This document shows, one piece after another, positions 12,381-23,160 of a stretch of DNA of 64,000 nt. This DNA comes from the human T2T-CHM13v2.0 reference genome, Homo sapiens, in NCBI RefSeq assembly GCF_009914755.1, contig NC_060932.1. The stretch is one strand, 5' to 3'. The notes under the pieces were generated by a model. It was given only the letters and a program-made list of their open reading frames with translations, was not told where the DNA came from and searched no databases. The stretch's first letter is position 1. Every line of letters begins with the position of its first letter. The position numbers were made by a program, and so were the translations under genes.

Positions 12381-13202
12381 CTACACTGTCCCAAAACAGT
12401 AGCACTAGCCACACACATCTAGTCCAAATTGACATGTGCTTTAAGGGTAAAATACACACTGGATTTCAAAGGTGTAGTGTTAAAAAGTATTTTTTAAACA
12501 GAAAATATCTCAATAATTTTAATATCAATTACATGTTGAAAGGATAATATCTTGCATATATGGTCTTAAAACAGTTCATTAAAATTATTTTTCACTTTAA
12601 TACAATGGCTCCTAGAAAATTAAAAATTACATCAATGACTGGCTTTAATAACCATATTTTCTAGTTTCTGTGTTTGATGCTTTTTCATCCTGGGGCCACA
12701 CTGACCTTGAGGGGCCTGCCCCTCCTGGGACTAGCAAATTCCTAGAGATAGTAAAGGACTCACTTCCAAGACACCTTTCATGTGCATAGCAATCAATCTA
12801 CTATAGCCACAGCCATCTCTTTATTGGGCTCTTACACTCTGGGCCTCTATCCTTCTGTCCTAATCATCCCAGGGGCAGGTACTAGGAAGCTGGTGACAGT
12901 CCCTGTGCCCCAGAACCTGCTATAATTATTCAGAGTAGCCAGTCCAAAGCCTCTTACTCTGCCTCACTGTTCCTTCCTGCAGAAACCACAGTAAAGGTTC
13001 TTGCTCACACTTTCCCGTCGCTCCCTCTGCCTCCTGAGTGCCTCACTCTTCCCTGTGTGGCCTCTCCTCGTGGGATCTGTGAGTATGACAAGTTGTCTTT
13101 TCAATGGCAGTTGTCTTCTGATCTGTTGGCTTTACCATACTTGAATAATAAAAAACCCTACATTTAAAAACACTTGTATCCTGTATCTGGGGGACAATGC
13201 TG
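12381..13202 (-). mobile_element. MER33 (hAT-Charlie DNA transposon), split by an LTR: 12381-12643 and 13173-13202
   Basis: ctacactgtcc...ctagtccaaattgacatgtgct...aaaatacacactggatttcaaag...aaaattacat on the left. The terminal ggacaatgctg resumes after the LTR. Confidence 0.75.
12644..13172 (+). mobile_element. MER74 (MER74A-like) ERVL solo LTR
   Basis: tttgatgct...aattcctagagatagtaaa...gaaaccacagtaaaggttcttgc...cttttcaatggcagttgtc...ctacatttaaaaaca follows the MER74 consensus end to end. Confidence 0.75.
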
Positions 13203-13211
13203 TTTTAGAGA

Positions 13212-13290
13212 CCTGTTTCTCTAAATGTGATCCACTGACCACCTGTAGTGGAATCACCTAAATAATTAAATATCCAAATTCCTGGGCCCC
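13212..13290. mobile_element. MER5-like hAT fragment
   Basis: tttctctaaatgtgatcc...gaatcaccta...aattcctgggccc. Confidence 0.5.
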
Positions 13291-13294
13291 TTTA

Positions 13295-13350
13295 GAATTA
13301 GCACAGCTGCTGAAACATAGTGTTGGCTCAATAAATGTTAGCCATTATTA
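13295..13350 (+). mobile_element. MIR 3' end
   Basis: ttagcacag...catag...gctcaataaatgttagccattatta. Confidence 0.6.
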
Positions 13351-13469
13351 CTTCAACACCATAATAACAATAATAGTAAGAATAAGTTTTAAAAAATGGT
13401 TTACTATGGCTTGAGAAGACCCTTTCTTATTTCTTTATTATTATTATTATTATCAAAAGAAAAAAAATT

Positions 13470-13620
13470 TAACACTAGCATTTATTGAGTGTTCACTATG
13501 GACCAAGCATTACTAAGTGTTTTTACACATTATTTTATTTAATCTTCATGACAATCAGTGAGAAATAAGCAAGAAAAGTAACTTGCTCAGAGTCACACAG
13601 CTTGCTAGTATTGGAGCATG
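13470..13620 (-). mobile_element. MIR SINE
   Basis: catttattgagtgttcactatg...tttaatcttcatgacaa...aagtaacttgctcagagtcacacagct. Confidence 0.7.
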
Positions 13621-13689
13621 CGTTTATATTTGAATGATACATGATTTATGTATTTACTTTATACCATTAGGCACAATACGAATTCAGAA

Positions 13690-14155
13690 GGATAATAAAA
13701 TACATATATACAAGGAAGAATGATAATGAACAGATACACATATGTGCACCACCAGGTCAAGAGGATGGCCTGAATCTTAGAGCTCCTTCTGTTTTGTGTG
13801 TCCACTTTTCTTCACCAGAGGTAGCCCAGACTGACTTCTGTGGTCATTACCCTGGGCTTTTCCTCATATTTCTACCACTCATGGACATGTCTCTACATGG
13901 TATTTTATGTAGTTTTGCCTGGTCTTGGACTTAAGATAAAGGAGCTCACACCATATGCATTTCCCTGGTTTGCTTCTTTGGCTCTAAGCTCATCGATGAG
14001 ATCCATCTGCGTTGATGGGTGAAAGTGCAGGCCACTCATTTTCACTGCTGCACTGAATTCTATTGTATGAATACTTTTTTGGTTGACATTTTTGTTTGAC
14101 CTTTGAGTTCTTTTATGTTTTCTGCTATAAGAATAATGCCCCTAGAAACAATATG
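13690..14155 (-). mobile_element. Old L1 (L1ME-like) 3' fragment
   Basis: ccagaggtagcc...gagatccatctgcgttg...cattttcactgctg...attctattgtatgaatac is typical of an antisense L1M 3' end. Confidence 0.55.
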
Positions 14156-14234
14156 TTTTCTTCTGTCCCTGAACATTTTAAAATGATAGGTGTTCTTTCT
14201 TATTTTAAAATCCAATGTTAACTAATATTTAATA

Positions 14235-14645
14235 TTTTCAATAAATATTAGATATATGGAAAAGTTGCAAAAATTATGCAGACTGTTCTTGCATACTTCT
14301 GACCTTGCTTCTCCTTATGTTAACATGTTATGAAATCATAGGACAATCAATGAAGGCTAGGAAGTGAACATTGGTTCAATATCATTCACTAATCTTCAGA
14401 CCACTTTGATTTTCACATTTTCTTTCTCTCTCTTTCTTTCTTTTCTTTCTTTCCTTCTTTCTTTCTTTCTTTCTTTCTTTCTTCTTTCTTTCTTTCTCTT
14501 TCTTTCTTTCTTTTTTCTTTCTTTTCTTTCCTTTCTCTCTCTCTTTCCTTTCTTTCTTTCTTTCTTTTCTTTTCTTTTCCTTTCTTTTTACTGATATACT
14601 CTTTTTCTGTTCCAGGATCTTATCCAGGATCCCACATTGCCTTTA
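14235..14645 (-). mobile_element. L1MC-like 3' fragment interrupted by a TTTC repeat
   Basis: gaaaagttgcaaaaa...gttaacat...aacattggttcaata on the left and tttctgttccaggatcttatccaggatcccacattgc on the right. Confidence 0.65.
14418..14589. repeat. (TTTC)n-type uninterrupted polypyrimidine tract, 172 nt
   Basis: No purine between 14418 and 14589. Confidence 0.95.
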
Positions 14646-14854
14646 CTTTTTATTTTTGGAGGCATACTTTGACTTAGAAAATTACAACAGCAGTGTTTCA
14701 GGGAGATTGATTTTAAGACAGTATGTAAAATAGATTTCAGGGCAGAGAGCTAAAAGCAGGACTATCAAGTGACTCTTGCTATATTACGATTGCTTAAGGC
14801 AAAGAGAGAGAGAGCTATGGTGGTAAGAAGCCAACAGTGAATATATGCCTCTAT

Positions 14855-15020
14855 ATAGCACAGACTGCATTGCAATCGTGCTAATCTGTCTCTCATAGAA
14901 ACCAACAAGTTCCTTGAAGGCAGGGCCCACTAAAGCTAATTCATCTTAGCATCTTCTTCAGGTACTCAGAAGAGTGACTGTCTATAGAAGTGATTTAGTG
15001 AAGATTTGTCAAATAAATTA
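14855..15020 (+). mobile_element. L2 3' fragment
   Basis: aagttccttgaaggcaggg...ttcatctt...tttgtcaaataaatta. Confidence 0.5.
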
Positions 15021-15299
15021 ACATGAGTGAAAAAGCCAAGTTATCAGGGAAGCTGAGACCCACAGAAAAAATAAGCAAAGGCAAAGAGAGAAGAGAGAAC
15101 AAAAATAGAAAAGAGAGACCCGGCCAGCTGGTGGGTTGGAGGAGGCAAACCCAGAAGGAAGGGCATTCATAGGAGACACAGACACAAAGAGAAAAGTGAA
15201 AGGAGAGGCGCAAGGAGATTTAGAGCCTCGAGCAGCTGAGGCAGTGGCAGTTTTCCCACTGCATCGCTCGCTTAGGTCCTCTACATTATCACCCATCAC

Positions 15300-15810
15300 G
15301 TGCCTTTAAAACCTTGCCGAATTTATTTACGGCTGTTCATAGCTCTTAGATCTTTATCATTTACTCTCTCATCCCATGCCTCTCTCACAGGTTGCTGCTA
15401 AGAATAGCCTCTCCCCGCAGCACAGTGATGGAATATCATATGATGCCTGTGATTCATTGGCCACTTATGGCGCTCTTCTCTCCACTCACTTCCTGCCTCA
15501 GGGCCTTTGAACTTACCGGCCTCTTTTCTTGAGATTCTCAGCTCCCAGATTTTCAAAATGTTGGCTTCTTCTCATCCTCGAAGCTTTAGCCCCACTTACT
15601 CTACTCATTAGCTTATTAGGTTGTTTTATTGTCTTCAAAGTGCTTAGGGCTCTGTAGGTTTTTCTGGTTTGTTTCTTTACTCATTTCCTTTTTGTTTTCA
15701 CCCACTAGAATGTTAGCTCCATGAGAGAAGGAATCCTGTCTCTCTTATTTACCACTGAAACTGCAGCATCTAGAAGGGCATGGAAGGACACAGGGAGTGA
15801 TGAACAAATT
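15300..15810 (+). mobile_element. L2 3' fragment
   Basis: cctgcctcagggcctttgaactt...cccactagaatgttagctccatgaga...cagcatctagaa. Confidence 0.65.
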
Positions 15811-16143
15811 GCTCTGTACATTGGGTTCGATGTAGTCATGGGCCACATGGAGGTGGAGGCCATGCCTATCACTTAAAATGTCATTGTTCCAAGTGGCCAG
15901 ATCAACTCTCAATACTAAATTTTTTATTTTGCTTTGCTTTCCAAAATGGGCATCTATTCTTTAAGGATGAAGGAGAGTAACTGTGGTTGTTCCAGGAGGA
16001 TAGAGGTAGGGGAAGAGCAACCCCTGAACTAGGGTAAAATTTCAAAAGAATTTGTTATCTTTTAGGACATGTAATATTTTAATTTAACCACATTTTTTGA
16101 ATGCCTGCTAAATACCAAATACTGTAGCAGAAATGGCAAATAA

Positions 16144-16438
16144 GGCTGGGCGTGGTGGCTCACTCCTGTAATCCCAGCACTTTGGGAGGCCAAGGAGGAT
16201 GGATTGTTTGAGCTCAGGGTTTGAGACAAGCCTGGGAAAGATGGCAAAACCCTGCCTCAACAAAAAAATACAAAAAATGTAGCCAGGCATAGTGGTGCAC
16301 ACCTGTAGTTCCAGCTACTTAGAGGCTGAGGAGGGAGGATCACCTGAGCCTGGGAGGTTGAGACTGTGGTGAGCCAAGATTGCACCACTGCACTCCTGCC
16401 TGGGTGACGGAGTGAGACTCTTCTAAAAAAAACAAAAA
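16144..16438 (+). mobile_element. AluJ, full length
   Basis: Dimeric Alu with J-type features (ggattgtttgagctcagg; ggaggatcacctgagcctgggagg). TSD GGCAAATAA at 16135-16143 and 16439-16447. Confidence 0.92.
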
Positions 16439-17231
16439 GGCAAATAACAAATTTCTGTTTTTTAGGATGTTTCTGCCAAATACAACTGTTTGATAAGCAA
16501 ATAACTGGTTACAAAACAATTTACTAAAAGCTATAATAGAGAGATGCTCTGAGGGTTGTGTAAGATTAAATGATGGAAAAGAATTACCTTAAAGGCAACT
16601 TACTACTACCTTCAAATATCCAAATTAGCATTTCCAAATAATGCTCTGAAGGATGATGACAGATGTTATTAGGGAGATTCAAGTAAGAGTGGAAATATTG
16701 GATTAAAGTTAACCACTTGTGTCTCTAATGCAGGATTTATCAGTGCCTTTAAAACTCGCTAATGTGTACTGTGAATTTATGTAGGGGATTTTGGTAAGCA
16801 TCATTGCCAAAACTTATTTGACCATAATGCTTTTTTTTATTTTTATAAAGTGGATCTTATAGAACTAGTTTTCACTGAGTAAACATTAAGAAATGATAAT
16901 AAAAATTATAGAATGAAAGCAAACTGGGATGAAATTTCTTCATAAAACATTTAGCTTAGGACTTATAAAGTGACTTCTTGATGTTTAGAGGTGAGATTTT
17001 TCCTGAAAAAGTCAGGAATGGGATTCAGAGAGCTCTTTATTATTTTCTCATCTCCATTACTTCCTCTTCCTTTACCCTCCTATAGCTTCTTCAAGGTCTC
17101 ACTAAAATCCCACACACATGGGAAAGAGTTCATGGTCTAATTGGTGGAAGACTCCTGACAGCTCTATTTTTTTTTTAATTCTACATTAAGGAATGATAAA
17201 CGACTGAAAATAAAGTTTATCATACTCGCAA

Positions 17232-18267
17232 CTAGATCCTGTTCTCTAATACTATTCCCTACAGAAAGGAATTAGGACTCCTCAACAAAATGCTGATTCC
17301 GTGGCTGAAGCAGTGTAGACACAAGGTGAGCTGGGAATACCTTGTTGTTCCAGAAAGTGAGAAAATGCTAAAAAAAAAAAAAAAAGAATGAGACATGAGA
17401 CATATTACACAGACACAGACACAGAAACAGCTTGAAGGGGTTCCCACTGGCCACATCTAAGACAATCTGAGCACCAAGACAATTAGATAGAGTAATAAAT
17501 TATTGAAAAAATAAAAATTTGTGAATCCTTGCCAAAAATAGAGATAAATAAATAAGTGGGAAAAAAGGGAGATCTCTTGCCTACAGTAGAATCCCAAGTG
17601 CCTGCTGGTAAATATGGAGAAAGTACTGCAATTAGAAAATCAACATTTTGCAACCTCATACTAAGGATTAGATTCAAAAAGAAACATCAATCCAGAGAGA
17701 AATTTTGATGAAGAGCAAGATATTTGCATGGCATTAAAGTGTGTCCCCACAGATTTCTTATAGTTGTAAGATAAAAAGTAGTACTGATATAATAGTAACT
17801 ATGTGGTTGGTATATATAGAATATGATAGTTATATATAATTATAGACTTTGCACATAGTTTTTATAATATAGCCATATAAATTACATACTTCTTTGTAAT
17901 TCTATTCAACATAGTTTTTACCTAATAGTAATTATATAGTGGTGAAATAGTACAAATCTTGACTGTGTGATACAAAATTATATCACCAATGAAGGTAATG
18001 TGACTTCATGGGCCTCCAGGTATGAACACTTGAGAAGGACACAACATCACTTATGTATCATTATGTAACTGAAGTTATTCGTGAGGAAACATCAGGCAAA
18101 CCCAAAATGAAGAATGTCTCAATGGGGAAAAAAAGAGATGATTTTCTTCAAGTTTGTCAATGTCATAACAGACAAAGAAAGGTGGTGGAAATCCAGCTAC
18201 CTACCTACCTACCTACCTACCTACCTACCTATCTACCTACTTACCTACTGTCATCTATCTATCTATC

Positions 18268-18315
<48 letters not shown>

Positions 18316-18430
18316 GTCTATCTATCTATCTATCTATATCCATCTATCTGTCACACAGAAAATGAAGCATTTGGGTAAAATTTTAAGGATATGTGAATCA
18401 TGTAAAAAGTATACATGTGGTTTTGTACTC
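17232..18430 (+). mobile_element. L1MC4-like 3' UTR region
   Basis: aggactcctc...aaatgctgattcc...tgttccagaaagt...cagcttgaaggggttcccactggcca...cctacagtagaat...gaaggacacaacatcactt. Interrupted by an STR. Confidence 0.65.
18197..18351. repeat. Compound tetranucleotide STR (CTAC)n/(ATCT)n
   Basis: (CTAC)8 at 18197-18228 and (ATCT)12 at 18268-18315, plus variant units. Confidence 0.95.
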
Positions 18431-19279
18431 CTCTTATTTTCATTTCAAGTAATGCTGTACCTGGCACATAGTATTATTCACAAATATTATTGTTACAATG
18501 AATATGCAATGGACTAGTTGACTGAAGGAGTTTTCAGTGGAACTAGTTCAAAGAAGTTTAGAGGAAATAGGGTTTAAAGACACTGGGTTGAGTTAATTGT
18601 GTCTCTGAAGTCCCTTTCATTGTTATGAAAAAATCATTGTTATGATTTTTTGATTCTTCAAAGAAGAACTTTATGTCTAATTTGAAAACAAAATGATTGA
18701 ATTTTTAATGACCTTTGCTCTAGTGCAAGCTGTATTTATTTAATTTTTTAACAGAAGGCAACACTATGGCCCAACTGAAGATTATAGTTGATTTCCAGAA
18801 GGGCCTTTAAGTTAAACAAAACTGAACATCACATGCTCTTTCCTGCCAAACAAGACATGCTATATATGATTTTCAAATATAGCTAATAGTTCCTATACCA
18901 GAATTAAACCACACTGCCTTCTCTAACAGTGACATCTTTCTAGCTTCATATATCTAGCTTACATTGGTATAGAAATTGGGTTGTAAAACATTTGTTTTGC
19001 CCTTATACTTGATTTTCTCTTAAGGACCAATTGCATTAATGAGTTCAATGTCATCTGCTCCTAAATAATGGAATGAAGACCCTCTTCTGGGCCTGGTAAA
19101 CTTCCTTCATGTCAACCCTGTTTGCCTGTTTGGCTCCCTGGCACCTTTAATAAAACTGACCCCTGAGCTTATGAACTTCAGTTTTTTTTCTACAGAGATC
19201 TCCCAATCCTGCAACTTTCTTTTGCTCCAACATTCTTTTTGAGGAATTTTTTGAAGTGCTCTTCTGGAGATGGGATGGA

Positions 19280-19710
19280 AAGAAATCATGCTTTGGAGTC
19301 AAGCAAGGTTGTATATAACACAGCATCCTGTTTCTACCACATTCTTGCTGTGTGTGCAACAGGGCAAGCAGCATAGTATTAATGTTAGGGGTAAGGTCTC
19401 TAAGGGCAGACTGCTGGGATTAAAATCTTGTTTAGTGAGCCTCTTTGTTGGGCAAGTAGTTTTACTTCTTTCTGTGTCAGTTTTCTTGTCATTTAATGAG
19501 AATATTAGAGTTTACCCCATGGAATTGCAGTGAAAGTTAAATGATACAATTATGTGAAATAATTAGAACAGTGCCTGGCACATTATCCAGCACCTTTTCA
19601 AGTTTCAGGTTTTTTTAAATAAAAAATTGAGCATCAAGCTTATTTTATATCTTAAAGTAAGGATTAAATAAGATACTGCAAGTAAAGAATCCAGTCTTAC
19701 GCCTGTTTCG
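19280..19710 (+). mobile_element. MIR (about 19369-19600) apparently nested in an older MIR
   Basis: A MIR 5' part (gctttggagtcaa...gggcaag) is followed by a second MIR ending ttagaacagtgcctggcacatt, and then by resumed MIR sequence (aggattaaataagatactgcaagtaaag). Confidence 0.6.
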
Positions 19711-21402
19711 TTAGTAGACAGTCATTCATTTATTGAAAATGTATTTATAGACTTCCTATGCTAGATTTTCTACATTTTAAGGGCTGGGCATTTAGAGAAG
19801 TTTCAGGCATACTACAGTCTATGGTCTTTTGATTTATTAAAAAAATAGTTAGTTACTGTTGTTATAACAGATAAGGACTGAGTATAGACCTAATCTACAA
19901 ATCTTAGTCAAATCATGTTTGTTTTTCTTATCTTTCATCCTCACTTCTGAGGATATCTAATTTCCCTTTGATTCAGAGTTTAGAATCCAATTTTCCATCC
20001 CACAAACAGTATTTGAATGTATCTAACTCAACGCTGAGCTAATAAGGATAACGAACATTCTGGGGCCATTTTGAAGTTTGCAAAGGGCTTTCATGTGCAG
20101 TTTTCCCCTTGGTGTACCCCTGATGCGGTGAGGGACAGCTGCAGGCCCATTATCTTCATGAAAGCTCCCACAGAAACATATCTGCTACATGTTCTTAGTG
20201 ATTAGTAAAATAAAAGATTTGAAAGTAAAAATATTCCTGTCTCTTTTCTTCAAAAAGCAAACAGATTCTAGAATAGGCAAGGACTAGAGCTGGAGGAGGA
20301 AAATTGGCAATTTTTTTTCTTTGCATAATTTTTCTGACAAAACAAAAAGATTTTGACATCATTTTTATGACAAACTGTACCCATATCTTTGGAATTTTTG
20401 CAAATTTAGCATCAATCATGCATTTTTCCAGTCATTTTCATTGAAATTTCATTCTATTTATCTTGTTGGCAAAGTGAAAAGCAATTTTTGTTTGCTAACG
20501 CTGCCTTTTCCCTCGCTGCATTAAAAAGTGATGATGGTAAAAAAAAGGGGGGTTTTTCTTTTCTTCTTCAGGGAAGCCCCCAGTGTGCTCATTTGTATGT
20601 ACAGTCTATCATTGCTATTTTAGCCTATTTTCATTTTATTTATAGCTTTGAATCATTTATTATTTGCTTGGAAAGATTTTGCCTAGAACTCTTAATTGGT
20701 ACACATAGCAATTAAAACTTTATTACTTAAATATTTTTCAGAACAGGAAAGAAAAGGTACCCAAATCAGCATAATCAATTTAGCCATAAAACCCTAAGTC
20801 TGACTTTTTATTTTATTTATGATACGCATTTTGTTCTAATGCTTTGTAAGTAGCATAGCTCTTCTTTCTAGTTCTACATAAATGAGATTCATGCCTAATG
20901 TGCCTCCAATTTTCAAAAACAATCCCTCAAATACAGTTTTAACTTGCCATTAAGACTGTGTCTACCCATCATAAAATGAATGTTTGGGAAGGAATTACTG
21001 GTGCATGCAGGGTGTTAGTTTTTTAATATGAGAATCAGTTCTGCCCTGCAAGTCTTTTCATCACAACTTTCCTGTAGAGAAGTGGATTTTGCTGTTTTTA
21101 GGAGGTATTTCCAGACAAAAGTCACATCAAGTCTATTCCCCATTGATTTAACTTTAGCAGTCTTTGTTGTAGACAAAATTTTACAGATAGATAAAAAAAG
21201 ATTTTAAAAATAAATGTAATGGTTTAGAAATGTTTATTCAGTGTAGGCAGAGCATCTGTTGGTACCTTATATCCCTCGGGAAGATTTCTGAAAGACTATA
21301 ATGAATAAAATGGAAAAAGTTGGAAATTTATAGCAACCCAAAAACTATTCAAAGAATGATGAAAATTACTCTGAAAAGTTCTGATGAGTAAGTAGTCAGC
21401 AA

Positions 21403-21439
21403 ACACACACACACACACACACACGCACGCACACACACA
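21403..21439. repeat. (CA)n microsatellite
   Basis: Read directly; two CG interruptions. Confidence 0.95.
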
Positions 21440-21440
21440 T

Positions 21441-21578
21441 ACTTATGAAGGACTGAAAATGAGTCCAGCACTGTGCTAGGCACTTTTACCAGCATTATCT
21501 CATTTATTCCCCTCTCTGCTCCACAGAATTCCACTGAAAAAGGTGTTGTTAGTACCCATTTTTGAAGCGGAGAAAGCA
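21441..21578 (-). mobile_element. MIR SINE
   Basis: gcactgtgctaggcactttt...cattatctcattta...cccattttt...gagaaa. Confidence 0.65.
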
Positions 21579-22144
21579 AATAACATATATAAAAGCATTT
21601 AAAAACTGATAAGTTAGATTGGATATAAAATAAGCTCAGAGAAAGAAAGAGATGAGAGAAGGGAGAGATTGGCGGCTTTAATGAGGGCTGAAAATGTCAG
21701 AACAGAAGGATCTTACACAGCCTGGAAAGATGACTGCAATTTAAGAACCTGCTCACCTTCTCCTTTACAGTAACTCACTTCCCCTCCTTCATCTCTGGCG
21801 ACTGAGATATATGTTTTTATAAACTTCCAAACTCTAAATTATAAGAATTGTCAAGGCTGTTTTCTACTTTTGAGGACTATGGATTTAAACTTGGAAGGGT
21901 CTCAATCAATTCTTTATCTCAGTAAAAGAAAAGTGTTTTTGTAACATTGGAAATGAAGGGATTTATCTGTATGCTTACAGAAAAGATTGAAAACCAGCAC
22001 TGAAATCCCATGAGAGACAGGAGTTCTCCTTAGTTCTTGGTTGGCTCACATGGTAAGTTCCATTTTGAGGGAGAGAAACAGAAGCGTACACCAGGATGCA
22101 TCCTGAATGCTCATCTACCTTATCCATTCCATCCTCAAGGCTTT

Positions 22145-22300
22145 GGTACAAGTTAGGGATGATTATGCTCATGCACAGGCAAGAAAAATGAGGAAGAAAG
22201 AGGATGAGTAACCTACCAACAATCAGGTAGAAAGGAAGAGAAGAAATTAGATGCAAGCCCAGATTTGTCTTATGCAGTGTCTATGAATTTCCCATTAAGT
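22145..22300 (-). mobile_element. Degenerate MIR
   Basis: gaaaaatgagg...gaggatgagtaacctaccaac...gatgcaagcccagatttgtct. Confidence 0.45.
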
Positions 22301-22641
22301 ACTGTCAACTCGATTAACAGCCATTGACAATGACCTGGGCACTATACGGCAAAGCAAATAATCTGCACCTTGTTGTTTTACACCTTATTGCTCTTTACAA
22401 ATGATGGCAGAACAATAAGAAAACTTTACATCGGTTAAGTTTTGCTGTCATGTAGTCTCAGTTCTTATGATAAATATTAAGGACCCCATGGAAATCGGTA
22501 GGAAGCACTCTTCTTTCCATGCCAAGATGATGTGCTTGACTTGTCAGTGTGATAAGTACTTTGAATTTGAAGATTGGAGCCTGCATGCCAGGTTGCAGAT
22601 TTTGGCAATGAGTGAGTGAATCATTGATTTCTATTTATGAA

Positions 22642-23160
22642 TGTAGGACAGGCAATTTTATTGCTTGCTCAACATCCTTTCTCCCTTCTTCTTTTCTAAC
22701 AGAGCCTCACATTTGTTCAAAGTGATAATGTACTTTGCCACCCTGGATCTGATTTGGATCACAATTGTCAAAGCCAGTGGTGATAATTGTTTTCTTTGCC
22801 TTCTCAGTCTTTATGGCATAAGGACTGCCAATGGAATTTAAGGAGTCTGCTAACATTGTTTCCAGAAAAGCTTTTCTCTTTCTGATTAAAACACCCAGGT
22901 ATGTCTGGCTATCACTTTCCACCTCTTTTCCTGTTTTAAATGCAGATGTAGTACCTGGAGCTGTGCAGCTGTTTTGTGACTGTAAGTTGATGAACAGAGA
23001 TGTTGGGCCTGGCACCACGGAGCTGCTGAAGACACACACAAAAAAGGCCTATCTTTTGACTTCTGTATTTTTGTGTGGAACAAAACTATTTCGTTAAAAT
23101 ATTATAGTTGAATGTAGTTGAATGCTTTGTTACTTGCAGCTAAATACATTCCTAATAAGT
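22642..23160 (+). mobile_element. LTR16-family (ERVL) solo LTR
   Basis: tgtagg...cccttcttc...ctaacaga...gagtctgct...cctggagctgtgcagc...gagctgctgaa...tgttacttgcagctaaatacattcctaa. Confidence 0.65.

Noticed and set aside
15457-15476. CTCF-like TGGCCACTTATGGCGCT
   Set aside because: The core is one base short and lacks the conserved AG.
18053-18517. 154-aa ORF with PTYL/SIYL repeats
   Set aside because: Translation of the tetranucleotide STR within an L1 remnant.
20494-20600. Possible 23-nt microexon (20572-20594)
   Set aside because: Good acceptor but weak donor (TTT|GTATGT), not frame-preserving, and no other support.
3032-22332. Palindromic CCATTGACAATG present at 3032 and 22321
   Set aside because: Repeated 12-mers are expected by chance in 64 kb, and one copy lies in a MIR.
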